A stretch of DNA of 64,000 nucleotides from NCBI GenBank assembly GCA_037131105.1, contig JBAXRQ010000001.1, forward strand, positions 458,263 to 522,262, in the 5' to 3' direction. Below, one piece after another: positions 1 to 10,458 of this stretch. The notes below the pieces were generated by a model that saw nothing but the letters and a program-made list of their open reading frames with translations, was not told where the DNA came from and did not search any database. The position numbers and the translations under genes were made by a program. Each line of letters starts with the position of its first letter. Positions within the stretch are counted from its first letter, which is position 1. Origin of the DNA: a bacterium (GTDB taxonomy: Bacteria > Patescibacteriota > UBA1384 > CAILIB01).

Positions 1-550
1 GTCTTTCCCTGGCGTACAGTCCAGGATCGATAGCATGATAGAGCGGACTGTCTTTCCTGGTGATGGCACGGCTGCGAGACCAATGCCGCATGATCTGGTG
101 ACGGCTGTCAGGGTCATCAAAGGCCTTGCCAAATCCCGCTGGAGTCAACAGGAGGGATTCTGCCTTCTCTGTCTGAAACCTTCTCATTATGCAGTTGATG
201 AGGAGGTTCAGGGTTCGACGCGGGTTTGAGGACTGTCGCTGAGGAAGTCGCTTCGCTATTTCGGCCAGCAGCTCGTCTGCTTTTTGATAGCTTATTAACG
301 TGGTGACGACTTGCCGTATGTGCCCTCTATTCAAAAGAAAAAGGCATATTCCGGTTGCGTCGCGAAACGAAATATCCTGCGCATTGAGCGCTCCTCGTGG
401 TCTTTCACATACGAACCAGGCACGTCTCTTTAGTTTTTCATCCACGGCCCACTCCTTCTCTGCCTCATGGCATTTCTGTTGGCAAGCACCATTGCTTGCA
501 GATTGGACGGTACAGAAAGTGCCATGATCTGTCAATCGCTGTGCGCCCTT
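1..550 (-). CDS. Partial CDS of unknown function; its C-terminus lies beyond the window start. Minus-strand reading frame open for about 183 codons from position 550 down to 1.
   Basis: I checked the plus-strand triplets at positions 2,5,8,... up to 550 by hand and found no tta/cta/tca, so the minus frame has no stop. The stop that opens the frame is TGA, read as complement 553-551. Candidate starts are TTG at 535, GTG at 445 or ATG at 187. The ORF track omits it because there is no stop within the window. It conflicts with the short plus-strand ORFs at 35-229 and 300-527. Confidence 0.35.
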
Positions 551-603
551 TCATGTTGGCTGCTGGCACTATATAATAAGCTCAAGCTAACCAAAGGAGG
601 GGG
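549..603 (+). promoter_or_regulatory. Putative promoter and RBS of the transketolase operon. Proposed -35 is TTTCAT at 549-554, a 17-nt spacer, -10 TATAAT at 572-577, and RBS AAAGGAGG at 594-601 ahead of a GTG start at 606.
   Basis: Motifs read directly from the sequence. The spacing fits a sigma70-type promoter, and the strong Shine-Dalgarno sits 5 nt before the GTG. Confidence 0.4.
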
Positions 604-605
604 AC

Positions 606-1478
606 GTGACTACCAAGCAACTGGAGCTTCGGGCTCTGGCTATCCGTGAGGATATTATTACGATGCTTCAGGAGGCAGGATCCGGCCATACTGCCGGACC
701 TTTGGGGATGGCAGACGTCTATGCTGCTTTGTATTTCCATGTACTCCACCACGATCCTAAAAACACTGAGCTGCCTGACCGCGACCGCTTGGTCCTTTCC
801 TGCGGTCACACCTGTCCTGTACGGTATGCGGCAATGGCCGAGGCCGGCTACTTCCCCCGTAAGGAACTGTTGACCCTGCGCAAACTGGGAACCCGCTTAC
901 AAGGTCATCCCCACAACCTCACCCTTCCTGGTACTGAGACCTCCTCTGGTCCCCTTGGACAGGGACTTTCTCAGGCTGTCGGCATGGCCCTGGCCGCCCG
1001 TATGGACAAGGAAAAATGGAGAACCTACGCCATAGTTAGCGACGGTGAGCATCAGGAAGGCCAGATCTGGGAGGCCGTCATGTTCGCCGGAAATCGTGGG
1101 CTAGGAAACCTTACCGCCATTCTTGATCGCAACTATATCCAGATCGACGGTCCTACTGAGACGGTGATGCCGCTGGAGCCTTTGGCGGATAAGTACCGTG
1201 CTTTCAACTGGCATGTCATTGAGGTAGACGGACATAACATTCCTCAGATCATCGAGGCCTGCGACCAGGCCAAGGCGGTGGCAGACCGGCCTACCATGAT
1301 TATTGCCCATACCATCCCCGGCAAAGGTGTGGACTATATGGAGTACGACTTCCATTGGCATGGCGCCCCTCCCGGAATCTCTGACATCGCCGGGTCACCA
1401 CCTAAGGAGCAGCAGGCCAAGATCGCCCTGGCAGAGCTTCGTACCCTCAAGCGCACCATAATGAGCGAACATGAGTAA
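606..1478 (+). CDS. tkt: Transketolase, N-terminal (TPP-binding) subunit; split tkt.
   Basis: 290 aa. Contains GSGHTAGPLGMADV, the GHT..P motif and GDGE..EGQIWEA, typical of the transketolase N-terminal section. GTG start. Overlaps the next ORF by 8 nt. Confidence 0.9.
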   Translation: MTTKQLELRALAIREDIITMLQEAGSGHTAGPLGMADVYAALYFHVLHHDPKNTELPDRDRLVLSCGHTCPVRYAAMAEAGYFPRKELLTLRKLGTRLQGHPHNLTLPGTETSSGPLGQGLSQAVGMALAARMDKEKWRTYAIVSDGEHQEGQIWEAVMFAGNRGLGNLTAILDRNYIQIDGPTETVMPLEPLADKYRAFNWHVIEVDGHNIPQIIEACDQAKAVADRPTMIIAHTIPGKGVDYMEYDFHWHGAPPGISDIAGSPPKEQQAKIALAELRTLKRTIMSEHE

Positions 1479-2448
1479 TACCGTAGTCCCTTGGACCAAG
1501 AAATTGGATGAGCCGGAGATGCTGCCTACCCGCAACGGGTTTGGTGAAGGGCTAGTTGAGGCTGGTAAAGATCGTAACGTGGTTGCGCTCTGTGCTGATC
1601 TGACTGAGTCTATTCGTATCGAGGCTTTTGCAAAAGCATACCCAGAGCAGTTTGTAGAGATAGGGGTGGCCGAGCAGAATATGATGGGTATAGCCGCTGG
1701 CTTGGCACTTTCCGGGAAAATTCCCTTTGTCGCCAGTTATGCTGTCTTTAACCCCGGCCGCAACTGGGATCAGCTGCGCGTCTCAGTCGCTTATTCCCAG
1801 GCTAACGTAAAGGTCATTGGCGCCCATGCCGGCCTTTCGGTCGGTCCTGACGGGGCTACCCACCAGGCTTTGGAGGATATTGCTATTACCCGGGTGCTGC
1901 CCGGCCTTGTAGTCATAGCTCCCACCGACATCCACGAGGCCCGCAAGGTGGTCAAGGCCGTGGTTGACTACAAAGGGCCGGTTTATATTCGTTTCGGGCG
2001 TGACAAGGTACCTACGATCACTACCGCGGATACTCCCTTTGTCATCGGCAAGGCTAATCTCTTCAGAGCTGGCAAGGACATTACTATCTGTGCTAACGGC
2101 GCCATTGTCTACGAAGCCTTGAAAGCTGCCGAAATGCTGGCCAAAAAGAAGATCTCTGCCGAAGTGTTGGCAGTGCCTACCATAAAGCCTCTAGATGAAA
2201 CGGCCATTCTTAGCTCGGTTAAAAAAACTGGAGGCATGGTCACGGCCGAGGAAGCCCAGATAAACGGGGGGTTGGGCAGTGCCATCGCTGAGCTACTAGG
2301 AGAGAAGCATCCTGTGCCCATGGAACGTATAGGAGTGAAGGATACTTTTGGTGAGTCAGGTACAGCCGGCGAACTGATGGACAGGTATGGCCTGCGCTCC
2401 ACCGATATCTATGAAGCAGCGCTCAGGGTCGTAGCTCGTAAGTCTTAA
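1471..2448 (+). CDS. tkt: Transketolase, C-terminal (pyrimidine-binding plus C-terminal domain) subunit.
   Basis: 325 aa. Contains VEIGVAEQNMMGIAAGLA and FGESG, typical of the transketolase C-terminal section. Translationally coupled to the N-terminal subunit. Confidence 0.9.
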   Translation: MSNTVVPWTKKLDEPEMLPTRNGFGEGLVEAGKDRNVVALCADLTESIRIEAFAKAYPEQFVEIGVAEQNMMGIAAGLALSGKIPFVASYAVFNPGRNWDQLRVSVAYSQANVKVIGAHAGLSVGPDGATHQALEDIAITRVLPGLVVIAPTDIHEARKVVKAVVDYKGPVYIRFGRDKVPTITTADTPFVIGKANLFRAGKDITICANGAIVYEALKAAEMLAKKKISAEVLAVPTIKPLDETAILSSVKKTGGMVTAEEAQINGGLGSAIAELLGEKHPVPMERIGVKDTFGESGTAGELMDRYGLRSTDIYEAALRVVARKS

Positions 2449-2450
2449 GT

Positions 2451-3221
2451 ATGCTGCTTCCCGTTACCACCCTTCTGGCTAGGTCTCGTCGCGCCAAGCG
2501 CCTAGCACCCTATATCCAGGTCTCGACTCTTGAAGTCCTGGAAGGGGCTCTCCTTGCAGCGCGTCAGGAAAAACGGGATGTCATCATTGAGCTGAACCTG
2601 GAAAAAGCCACTCTTGACCATGTGGTCTTTGTGGCCACGGCTACTTCGCTCTGTGCCAGTCATCCGTCGGCGGTTGGATTGGTCCTGGCGGTACGGGCGC
2701 ATGCATCGGAGATTGAGATGGTACTGCGTCTAGGGGTACCGTCTATTCGCCCGGTATTTCCCAAAGACACGTCGCTGCCAGAACGGACCGAGTTCATCGC
2801 TTGGTTTACCAGTCAGGCCAGCCAGTACGGCATAGAGGTCGGCGCCAGCTTCTCAAGGGTGATGGGTGGAGATGAAGTACGTCACCTCTGCGACTCATCT
2901 AGTGCCTCATTTGTCGTTATGCCGGTTCGAGAAGAACAGAGAAGTCGCCGTACCTTGGTGCCGGCTGCCCTCAAGGACCTCGGGAGAGGGGCTACCGTGC
3001 CTGTGGTGGCCGATGAGGAGATGCTTACCAGTCTCCACCTGACGTCGCTACGCAAGGCAGGAATCTGCGGTCTTTTTCTGGGTGAGACCCTTGAGAAGTC
3101 CTATACTGCAGGGGTACGGGCTGGACTACGTGACCGTATGGTCACTGACCCTTCCAGCTATCAGAGAAAGGGAATGCTTGCCGTCAAGAACACCGTTATC
3201 CATTACCTACAAGCCGCTTAA
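2451..3221 (+). CDS. Class II (FbaA/GatY-like) aldolase-fold protein with degenerate metal-binding residues; possible pseudo-enzyme.
   Basis: 256 aa. From memory it aligns along its length with class II fructose/tagatose-bisphosphate aldolases, for example KAGICGLFLGETL against KLGICKINVATEL. The HLDHG, GxAHG and LHGxSG histidine positions read VLAVRAH, VMPVREEQ and VVADEEM. Confidence 0.45.
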   Translation: MLLPVTTLLARSRRAKRLAPYIQVSTLEVLEGALLAARQEKRDVIIELNLEKATLDHVVFVATATSLCASHPSAVGLVLAVRAHASEIEMVLRLGVPSIRPVFPKDTSLPERTEFIAWFTSQASQYGIEVGASFSRVMGGDEVRHLCDSSSASFVVMPVREEQRSRRTLVPAALKDLGRGATVPVVADEEMLTSLHLTSLRKAGICGLFLGETLEKSYTAGVRAGLRDRMVTDPSSYQRKGMLAVKNTVIHYLQAA

Positions 3222-3230
3222 CCGCACAGT

Positions 3231-4244
3231 ATGTTTGACATGATATCTATCGGCGACACCATGCAGGACGTTTTCCTGGAGATGGACCCCGCCAATGCGC
3301 ACCTGCACACCTTCCGCAAGGAGTCTGAGGAACTTTGTTTTACCTTTGCCGATAAGATCCCGGTTAAGGCCAAGCATGACCTTATCGGGGGTAACTCGGC
3401 CAATGCTGCCGTGGCTTTCGCCCGGCTTGGCTTCAAGACCGGCTTTTATACCCATGTGGGTGATGACGAGCAGGGAAAGCGACTTATTGCCGACCTGAAG
3501 GGCAATGATGTGCATGACGACTATATCGTCGTAGATGAGGGTAAGGAGTCGAATTACAACACGGTGATAAACCTTGAGGCCGAGCGCACTATCCTTATCT
3601 ACCATGTCCACCGTCACTTCGTACTACCAAAGCTTGAAGCTGCCAAGTGGATCTACCTTTCTTCGATGGGGGAGGGATTTGAGAAGATTTTCCCTGATCT
3701 TATTAAGTATGTCGACGAGCACAAGGTGAACCTTTGCTACCAGCCGGGGACCTTCCAGCTCAAATACGGCGCTGAGAAGACCAAGGCACTTCTTGAGAAG
3801 ACTAAGATCTTCTTCGTCAACAAGGAGGAGGCCGAGCTCTATACTGGTATTCCTAAGACCGATAACTTCCGTAAGCTACTTGACGGTATTTTGAAAATGG
3901 GTCCGGAGATCGTGGTGATCACTGACGGACGCATGGGCGCTTACGTCTCTGACGGCCGGGAATATCTCTGGCTGGGTATCATTGAAAAGGCTCCACGCGT
4001 TGAGGCTACGGGGTGTGGTGACAGCTTCTCATCTGCTTTTGCCGCGGCTATGGCTTCTGGGGAGACTCTGGCCGAAGCTCTACGTTGGGGCCAGTGCGAG
4101 GCAAGCTCGGTGATCGGGAAGATTGGTCCTCAGCCGGGTCTCCTGTTCAATAAGCAGATCAAGCACCTCCTGGATGAATATCCCCAGCTCCAGGCAGTCT
4201 CCCTGGACGAGAACGGCCGCCCGATCAATGGGCATAACGTCTAG
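3231..4244 (+). CDS. PfkB-family carbohydrate or nucleoside kinase (ribokinase-like).
   Basis: 337 aa. C-terminal ATGCGDSFSSAFAAAMASG...LRWGQCEASSVIGKIG matches the PfkB anion-hole/GD motif. N-terminal substrate-lid region is present. Confidence 0.7.
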   Translation: MFDMISIGDTMQDVFLEMDPANAHLHTFRKESEELCFTFADKIPVKAKHDLIGGNSANAAVAFARLGFKTGFYTHVGDDEQGKRLIADLKGNDVHDDYIVVDEGKESNYNTVINLEAERTILIYHVHRHFVLPKLEAAKWIYLSSMGEGFEKIFPDLIKYVDEHKVNLCYQPGTFQLKYGAEKTKALLEKTKIFFVNKEEAELYTGIPKTDNFRKLLDGILKMGPEIVVITDGRMGAYVSDGREYLWLGIIEKAPRVEATGCGDSFSSAFAAAMASGETLAEALRWGQCEASSVIGKIGPQPGLLFNKQIKHLLDEYPQLQAVSLDENGRPINGHNV

Positions 4245-4249
4245 AGTCT

Positions 4250-5218
4250 ATGGCGCGGCCACGTATAGTAGTCACCAGGGCGATACCTGAGAGCGGCATC
4301 AAGCTGCTTGAACAAGACTTTGATGTGCAGGTGTATAGGGGGGAGGGAGTGATGGATAAGGCTCAGCTGTGTGAGTTTGTGAAAGGAGCTGAGGTTATCG
4401 TTAGTCTACTTACCGATCCTATCGATGGCGAGGTACTGGACGCGGCAGGTCCTCAGCTAAAGGCGGTAGCTCAGTATACGGTAGGGTATGACAATATTGA
4501 CCTGGAAGCAGCTAAGGCGCGATCTGTGATAGTGACTCATACTGCCGGCACCTTATCGGCCACAGCGGTGGCTGAACTGGCACTGGGCGGATTGCTGGCA
4601 GTTGCACGTCATACCGTGCAGGCAGATGCGTATATGCGGTCTGGTGCTTATAAGTATTGGGACCCGAGTATTTTTCTTGGTCAGCAGCTGACGGGAAAGA
4701 CGGTAGGTATCATTGGTACTGGTCAGATAGGCTCTTTGTTCGCCACCATGTGCCACCATGTCTTCAGGGCGAAGATACTGTATACCGATATGGTCTCGAA
4801 TCTCTCACTAGAAAAATCCTTGGGAGCGATGAAGGTGTCCAAAGAAGAGTTACTTGCTCGTGCTGATGTAGTATCGCTTCATGTGCCACTGCTTGCTAGC
4901 ACTCGTCATCTTATTGGTGAAGGGGAGCTGCAGCAGATGAAGAAAACAGCCATTTTGATCAATACATCCAGAGGACCAGTAGTAGATGAGGGCGCCCTAG
5001 TGCGCGCATTGCAGAACCGCGAGATATTCGGTGCCTGCTTAGACGTGTACGAATCCGAGCCTGACCCTGCCGAAGGACTTGCGGCTTTGGACAATGTGGT
5101 GCTAACTCCTCATATTGCCTCTGCCACTGAGACTACTCGTACGGCCATGGCAGAGTGTGTAGTTCGTAATATCAAGGCGGTTCTTGCTGGTGAAACCCCT
5201 CCCGACCTTGTCAGGTAA
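4250..5218 (+). CDS. D-isomer-specific 2-hydroxyacid dehydrogenase (glyoxylate/hydroxypyruvate reductase or glycerate dehydrogenase-like).
   Basis: 322 aa. Has the GIIGTGQIGSLFA Rossmann motif, LHVPL...TRHLIGEGEL, and a catalytic R-E-H arrangement (INTSRG...; TPHIAS). Confidence 0.8.
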   Translation: MARPRIVVTRAIPESGIKLLEQDFDVQVYRGEGVMDKAQLCEFVKGAEVIVSLLTDPIDGEVLDAAGPQLKAVAQYTVGYDNIDLEAAKARSVIVTHTAGTLSATAVAELALGGLLAVARHTVQADAYMRSGAYKYWDPSIFLGQQLTGKTVGIIGTGQIGSLFATMCHHVFRAKILYTDMVSNLSLEKSLGAMKVSKEELLARADVVSLHVPLLASTRHLIGEGELQQMKKTAILINTSRGPVVDEGALVRALQNREIFGACLDVYESEPDPAEGLAALDNVVLTPHIASATETTRTAMAECVVRNIKAVLAGETPPDLVR

Positions 5219-5259
5219 TGACTCAAATTAGTAGTTACGGTAGCTTTAAATAGTATGTT

Positions 5260-5316
5260 CCAATCTGTTGTCAATCCGCCAATCTGTTGACAGGTGGGGC
5301 ATAGATTGGCAATAAT
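5260..5316 (+). promoter_or_regulatory. Promoter with repeated operator-like motifs upstream of the small ORF at 5369. Two direct repeats of CCAATCTGTTG(T/A)CA at 5260-5273 and 5279-5292, an inverted partial copy AGATTGG at 5303-5309, -35 TTGACA at 5287-5292, and an A/T-rich -10 at 5310-5316.
   Basis: Repeats and the TTGACA box read directly. The second repeat contains the -35 hexamer. RBS AGGAG at 5359-5363 lies before the ATG at 5369. Confidence 0.45.
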
Positions 5317-5368
5317 CAAGCCACTAAACCAGTAACCGTCCGCCATCTGGCGGAAGAACAGGAGCATA

Positions 5369-5572
5369 ATGGCATTCGCCTACAAGAACTCCAAGGATCA
5401 GGAATACTTCCTGCACTCCAAGGAAGTTACCCTGAAGGGTGGTCGCAAGCAGGTAATTTATTACTTCGCTCGCGCCATCAACGCTGAGTTCGCTCTTGAC
5501 GCTGTTCCCGCTGACCGTATGGTCTCCGAGAACCCTCGCACCGGTTTGCCTCTTCTGAAGAAGAAGGCCTAG
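5369..5572 (+). CDS. Small, basic, conserved-looking protein of unknown function (67 aa), likely highly expressed.
   Basis: AGGAG RBS 5 nt upstream. Own promoter with repeats. Followed by two consecutive hairpins, the second with a U-tract. No family recognised from memory. Confidence 0.55.
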   Translation: MAFAYKNSKDQEYFLHSKEVTLKGGRKQVIYYFARAINAEFALDAVPADRMVSENPRTGLPLLKKKA

Positions 5573-5575
5573 TAC

Positions 5576-5619
5576 TTCTCTCTGCGAGAGAAAAAGAGAG
5601 TCTTCGGACTCTCTTTTTC
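5576..5619 (+). terminator. Tandem stem-loops forming a rho-independent terminator.
   Basis: First hairpin TTCTCTCtgcGAGAGAA at 5576-5592. Second hairpin AGAGAGTCttcgGACTCTCT at 5595-5614, followed by TTTTT. Confidence 0.7.
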
Positions 5620-5677
5620 GTGGTATCACCCTGGTAGTGGGTTTTGGGATGCCTGCGCACTCTGCTACACTGGTGAC

Positions 5678-7141
5678 ATGAAACGCTCAGAGCTCTTCTT
5701 TTCGGTGTTGCTGATCCCGGTAGACTATCTGGCCCTATTGGTGGCCTTTCTTCTTTCCTATGTACTGCGGGACAGCTTCTCGCCAGTTTCTCCTACAAAT
5801 CTTGCCGGAGTGGCTGACCGACTTCAGTACAATCCTGATACGGCCCTGGTCATCTCTCAGTCTCAATATCTGCACTACCTGTATTTTATTATTCCAGGGA
5901 TGCTGGTGGCATTTGCCTTGGTCGGTCTTTACGGTATCAGAGTCAATTACTCCTGGTTTACCCGGGCCTTGCGCATATTGATAGGGGTTTCCGTAGGGGA
6001 GTGCTTTATTCTGTTGTTGTTTCTGTTGAGGAAGGACTTCTTTCTGCCTCGCTCAACGGTGCTGTATAGCTGGGCGCTGGGAACACTATTTGTCATAGCT
6101 GCTAGGCTGATAGTACTTGGAGCACAACGCTTTCTCTATAGGTTCAATATAGGCGCGGTACGCGTGGCCGTAGTGGGTGACGATAAGGCTGCCAAGCGGG
6201 TAGGGGAGCAGTTGGGGAAGGGAAAGGCCGCCTCCTATCGGTTGGTACGTCAGTTTGCCAGCCTGCCTGTCGCCCAACTTGCCCGACACGTCACCCGAGA
6301 GGAGATGGATCAGCTGGTAGTCGCAAGCGGCAGCTACTCAAACGATGATCTGATCGAGCTTCGCAGCATTTGTCTTGAAGCCCATGTTGCCTTTAGCTTT
6401 GTGCCTTCATTGCTTTCGGCATTGCAGAGCAGTAGTTTTACTGTGCAAAATATTGCCGACGTCCCCATGATTGAGGTAAGTCCCACGCCTCTTGAGGGAT
6501 GGGGGAGAGTACTCAAGCGTCTTTCCGACCTCATCGGTGGTACGCTGCTGCTGATTTTATTCTCACCGCTCATGCTGCTTGTGGCTATTTCCATTAAGCT
6601 ACTTTCACCGGGTCCCCTGATATACCGTCACAGGCGCCTCGGTCGTAACGGTACGGAGATTAAGGTCTGGAAGTTCCGTAGTATGTATTGGAAATACTGC
6701 ACGGGGGTAGGTACCGACGGCGACCGGAGTTTTGAAGAGCTGCTGGCTACTGACCCCAAGCTGGCTATTGAGTGGGAGCAGAGCCATAAGCTGAAGAACG
6801 ATCCTCGTATAAGCATCCCTGGAAGATTCCTGCGACGTACCAGCCTTGATGAGCTCCCCCAGCTGTTCAATGTCCTGTCGGGCTCGCTCAGCTTGGTCGG
6901 TCCCCGGCCAATCGTGGAAGAGGAGATCCGTAAGTACGGCAAGTACGCAGGCCTGCTGTTCTCGGTCCGACCGGGTATGACCGGTCTTTGGCAGATTAGC
7001 GGACGTAATGACACTACCTATATCGAGCGAGTCGGGCTGGATGTTACATATATTGAGCATTGGAACCTGCTTCGCGATATAGGGATTATGCTTCGCACTA
7101 TTTTGGTGCTGGTGGGACCGCGCAAGGACGGGGCTTATTAA
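5678..7141 (+). CDS. Undecaprenyl-phosphate sugar phosphotransferase (WbaP/WcaJ-type bacterial sugar transferase) with N-terminal TM segments.
   Basis: 487 aa. C-terminal domain has PGMTGLWQISGRND and LSLVGPRP, hallmark motifs of the bacterial sugar-transferase family. Hydrophobic N-terminus. Confidence 0.85.
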   Translation: MKRSELFFSVLLIPVDYLALLVAFLLSYVLRDSFSPVSPTNLAGVADRLQYNPDTALVISQSQYLHYLYFIIPGMLVAFALVGLYGIRVNYSWFTRALRILIGVSVGECFILLLFLLRKDFFLPRSTVLYSWALGTLFVIAARLIVLGAQRFLYRFNIGAVRVAVVGDDKAAKRVGEQLGKGKAASYRLVRQFASLPVAQLARHVTREEMDQLVVASGSYSNDDLIELRSICLEAHVAFSFVPSLLSALQSSSFTVQNIADVPMIEVSPTPLEGWGRVLKRLSDLIGGTLLLILFSPLMLLVAISIKLLSPGPLIYRHRRLGRNGTEIKVWKFRSMYWKYCTGVGTDGDRSFEELLATDPKLAIEWEQSHKLKNDPRISIPGRFLRRTSLDELPQLFNVLSGSLSLVGPRPIVEEEIRKYGKYAGLLFSVRPGMTGLWQISGRNDTTYIERVGLDVTYIEHWNLLRDIGIMLRTILVLVGPRKDGAY

Positions 7142-7159
7142 TTCTTTACACCACACCCT

Positions 7160-8230
7160 ATGAAAACTATTGCTTTGGTACAGGACTGGTTGACGGGATT
7201 TGCCGGGGGTGAGCAGGTGCTGCTTGCCCTTCATGAGATGTATCCGGACGCGCCGATCTACACCAGTCTCTATGCCCCTGAGAAGGTGCCCCAGTTTGCC
7301 AATGCTACGGTGATTCCGTCCTATCTTCAGAAGGTCCCAGGACTACTCACCAGGCATCAGACGGCCATTCCTCTTATGCCGCTTGCCTTTGAGTCTTTTG
7401 ACCTTAAGGGCTTTGACGTGGTGATTTCAGTCGGCGGCGGACTATCTAAGGGGGTGATCACCCAGCCTGACCAGACCCATATCAGCTACTGCCATACCCC
7501 TATGCGGTACCTCTGGCACATCGGAGGTGACTCCCGCGCCTCAGGCAGCTGGTTGAAGTCGCAGGCCGCCCACAAGCTGAGGATTTGGGACGTTGTCTCG
7601 GCCAGCCGGGTTGACCGATTCCTGGCTAACTCCCAGACCGTAGCTGATCGCATTGCCAAGATCTATCGGCAGGACGCCACCGTGGTATATCCGCCGGTCA
7701 ATACGTCGCGCTTTCATGTGGCCACAGACAAGCCAGGGGATTATTTCCTGAGTGTGGGCCGGTTGATCAGTTACAAGAGGGTGGACCTGGCGGTTGAGGC
7801 ATGTATCAAGACCAAACAGCCTCTTAAGATCGCCGGTACCGGACCTGAATCCGATAGCCTGAAAGCCATGGCTAAGAACGCCCCGTGGATAGAGTTCCTC
7901 GGACGTGTACCCGATGCCGAACTTGAAGGCCTCTATCAAGGAGCCCGGGCCTTCATTTTTCCGGCTGAAGAAGACTTCGGCATAGTGCCGGTAGAGGCCA
8001 TGAGCGTCGGCCGGCCGGTGATCGCCTTCGGCAAGGGAGGGGCCACTGAAAGTGTGGTGGAAGGAGTCTCGGGTACGTTCTTTGACAAGCAGGAGGGCGA
8101 CAGCCTTGGCGAGAAGTTGACTGCGTTCAAGGATGCTGACTGGGATCCCGCTGCCATCCGCCAACAGGCAGAGCGTTTTGACGTAGAACTATTTAAGAAA
8201 ACCATGAAGGAAATCGTGGATGCTGCCTAA
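7160..8230 (+). CDS. Glycosyltransferase, family 4 (GT-B, group 1).
   Basis: 356 aa. EDFGIVPVEAMSVGRPVIA matches the E-x7-E GT4 motif region. Confidence 0.8.
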   Translation: MKTIALVQDWLTGFAGGEQVLLALHEMYPDAPIYTSLYAPEKVPQFANATVIPSYLQKVPGLLTRHQTAIPLMPLAFESFDLKGFDVVISVGGGLSKGVITQPDQTHISYCHTPMRYLWHIGGDSRASGSWLKSQAAHKLRIWDVVSASRVDRFLANSQTVADRIAKIYRQDATVVYPPVNTSRFHVATDKPGDYFLSVGRLISYKRVDLAVEACIKTKQPLKIAGTGPESDSLKAMAKNAPWIEFLGRVPDAELEGLYQGARAFIFPAEEDFGIVPVEAMSVGRPVIAFGKGGATESVVEGVSGTFFDKQEGDSLGEKLTAFKDADWDPAAIRQQAERFDVELFKKTMKEIVDAA

Positions 8231-8307
8231 GACTTGTATTCGGTATCTGTTCGGTATATACTGATGTGGTGAAGGGCGTATTTCCCTTCCAGTAGCTCCT
8301 GTGCTAG

Positions 8308-10443
<2,136 letters not shown>

Positions 10444-10458
10444 CCTCTACTTCATATT

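Noticed and set aside
35-527. Plus-strand ORFs 35-229 and 300-527 at the window start.
   Set aside because: Rejected in favour of the stop-free minus-strand frame covering the same region. No RBS or recognisable domains in the plus ORFs.
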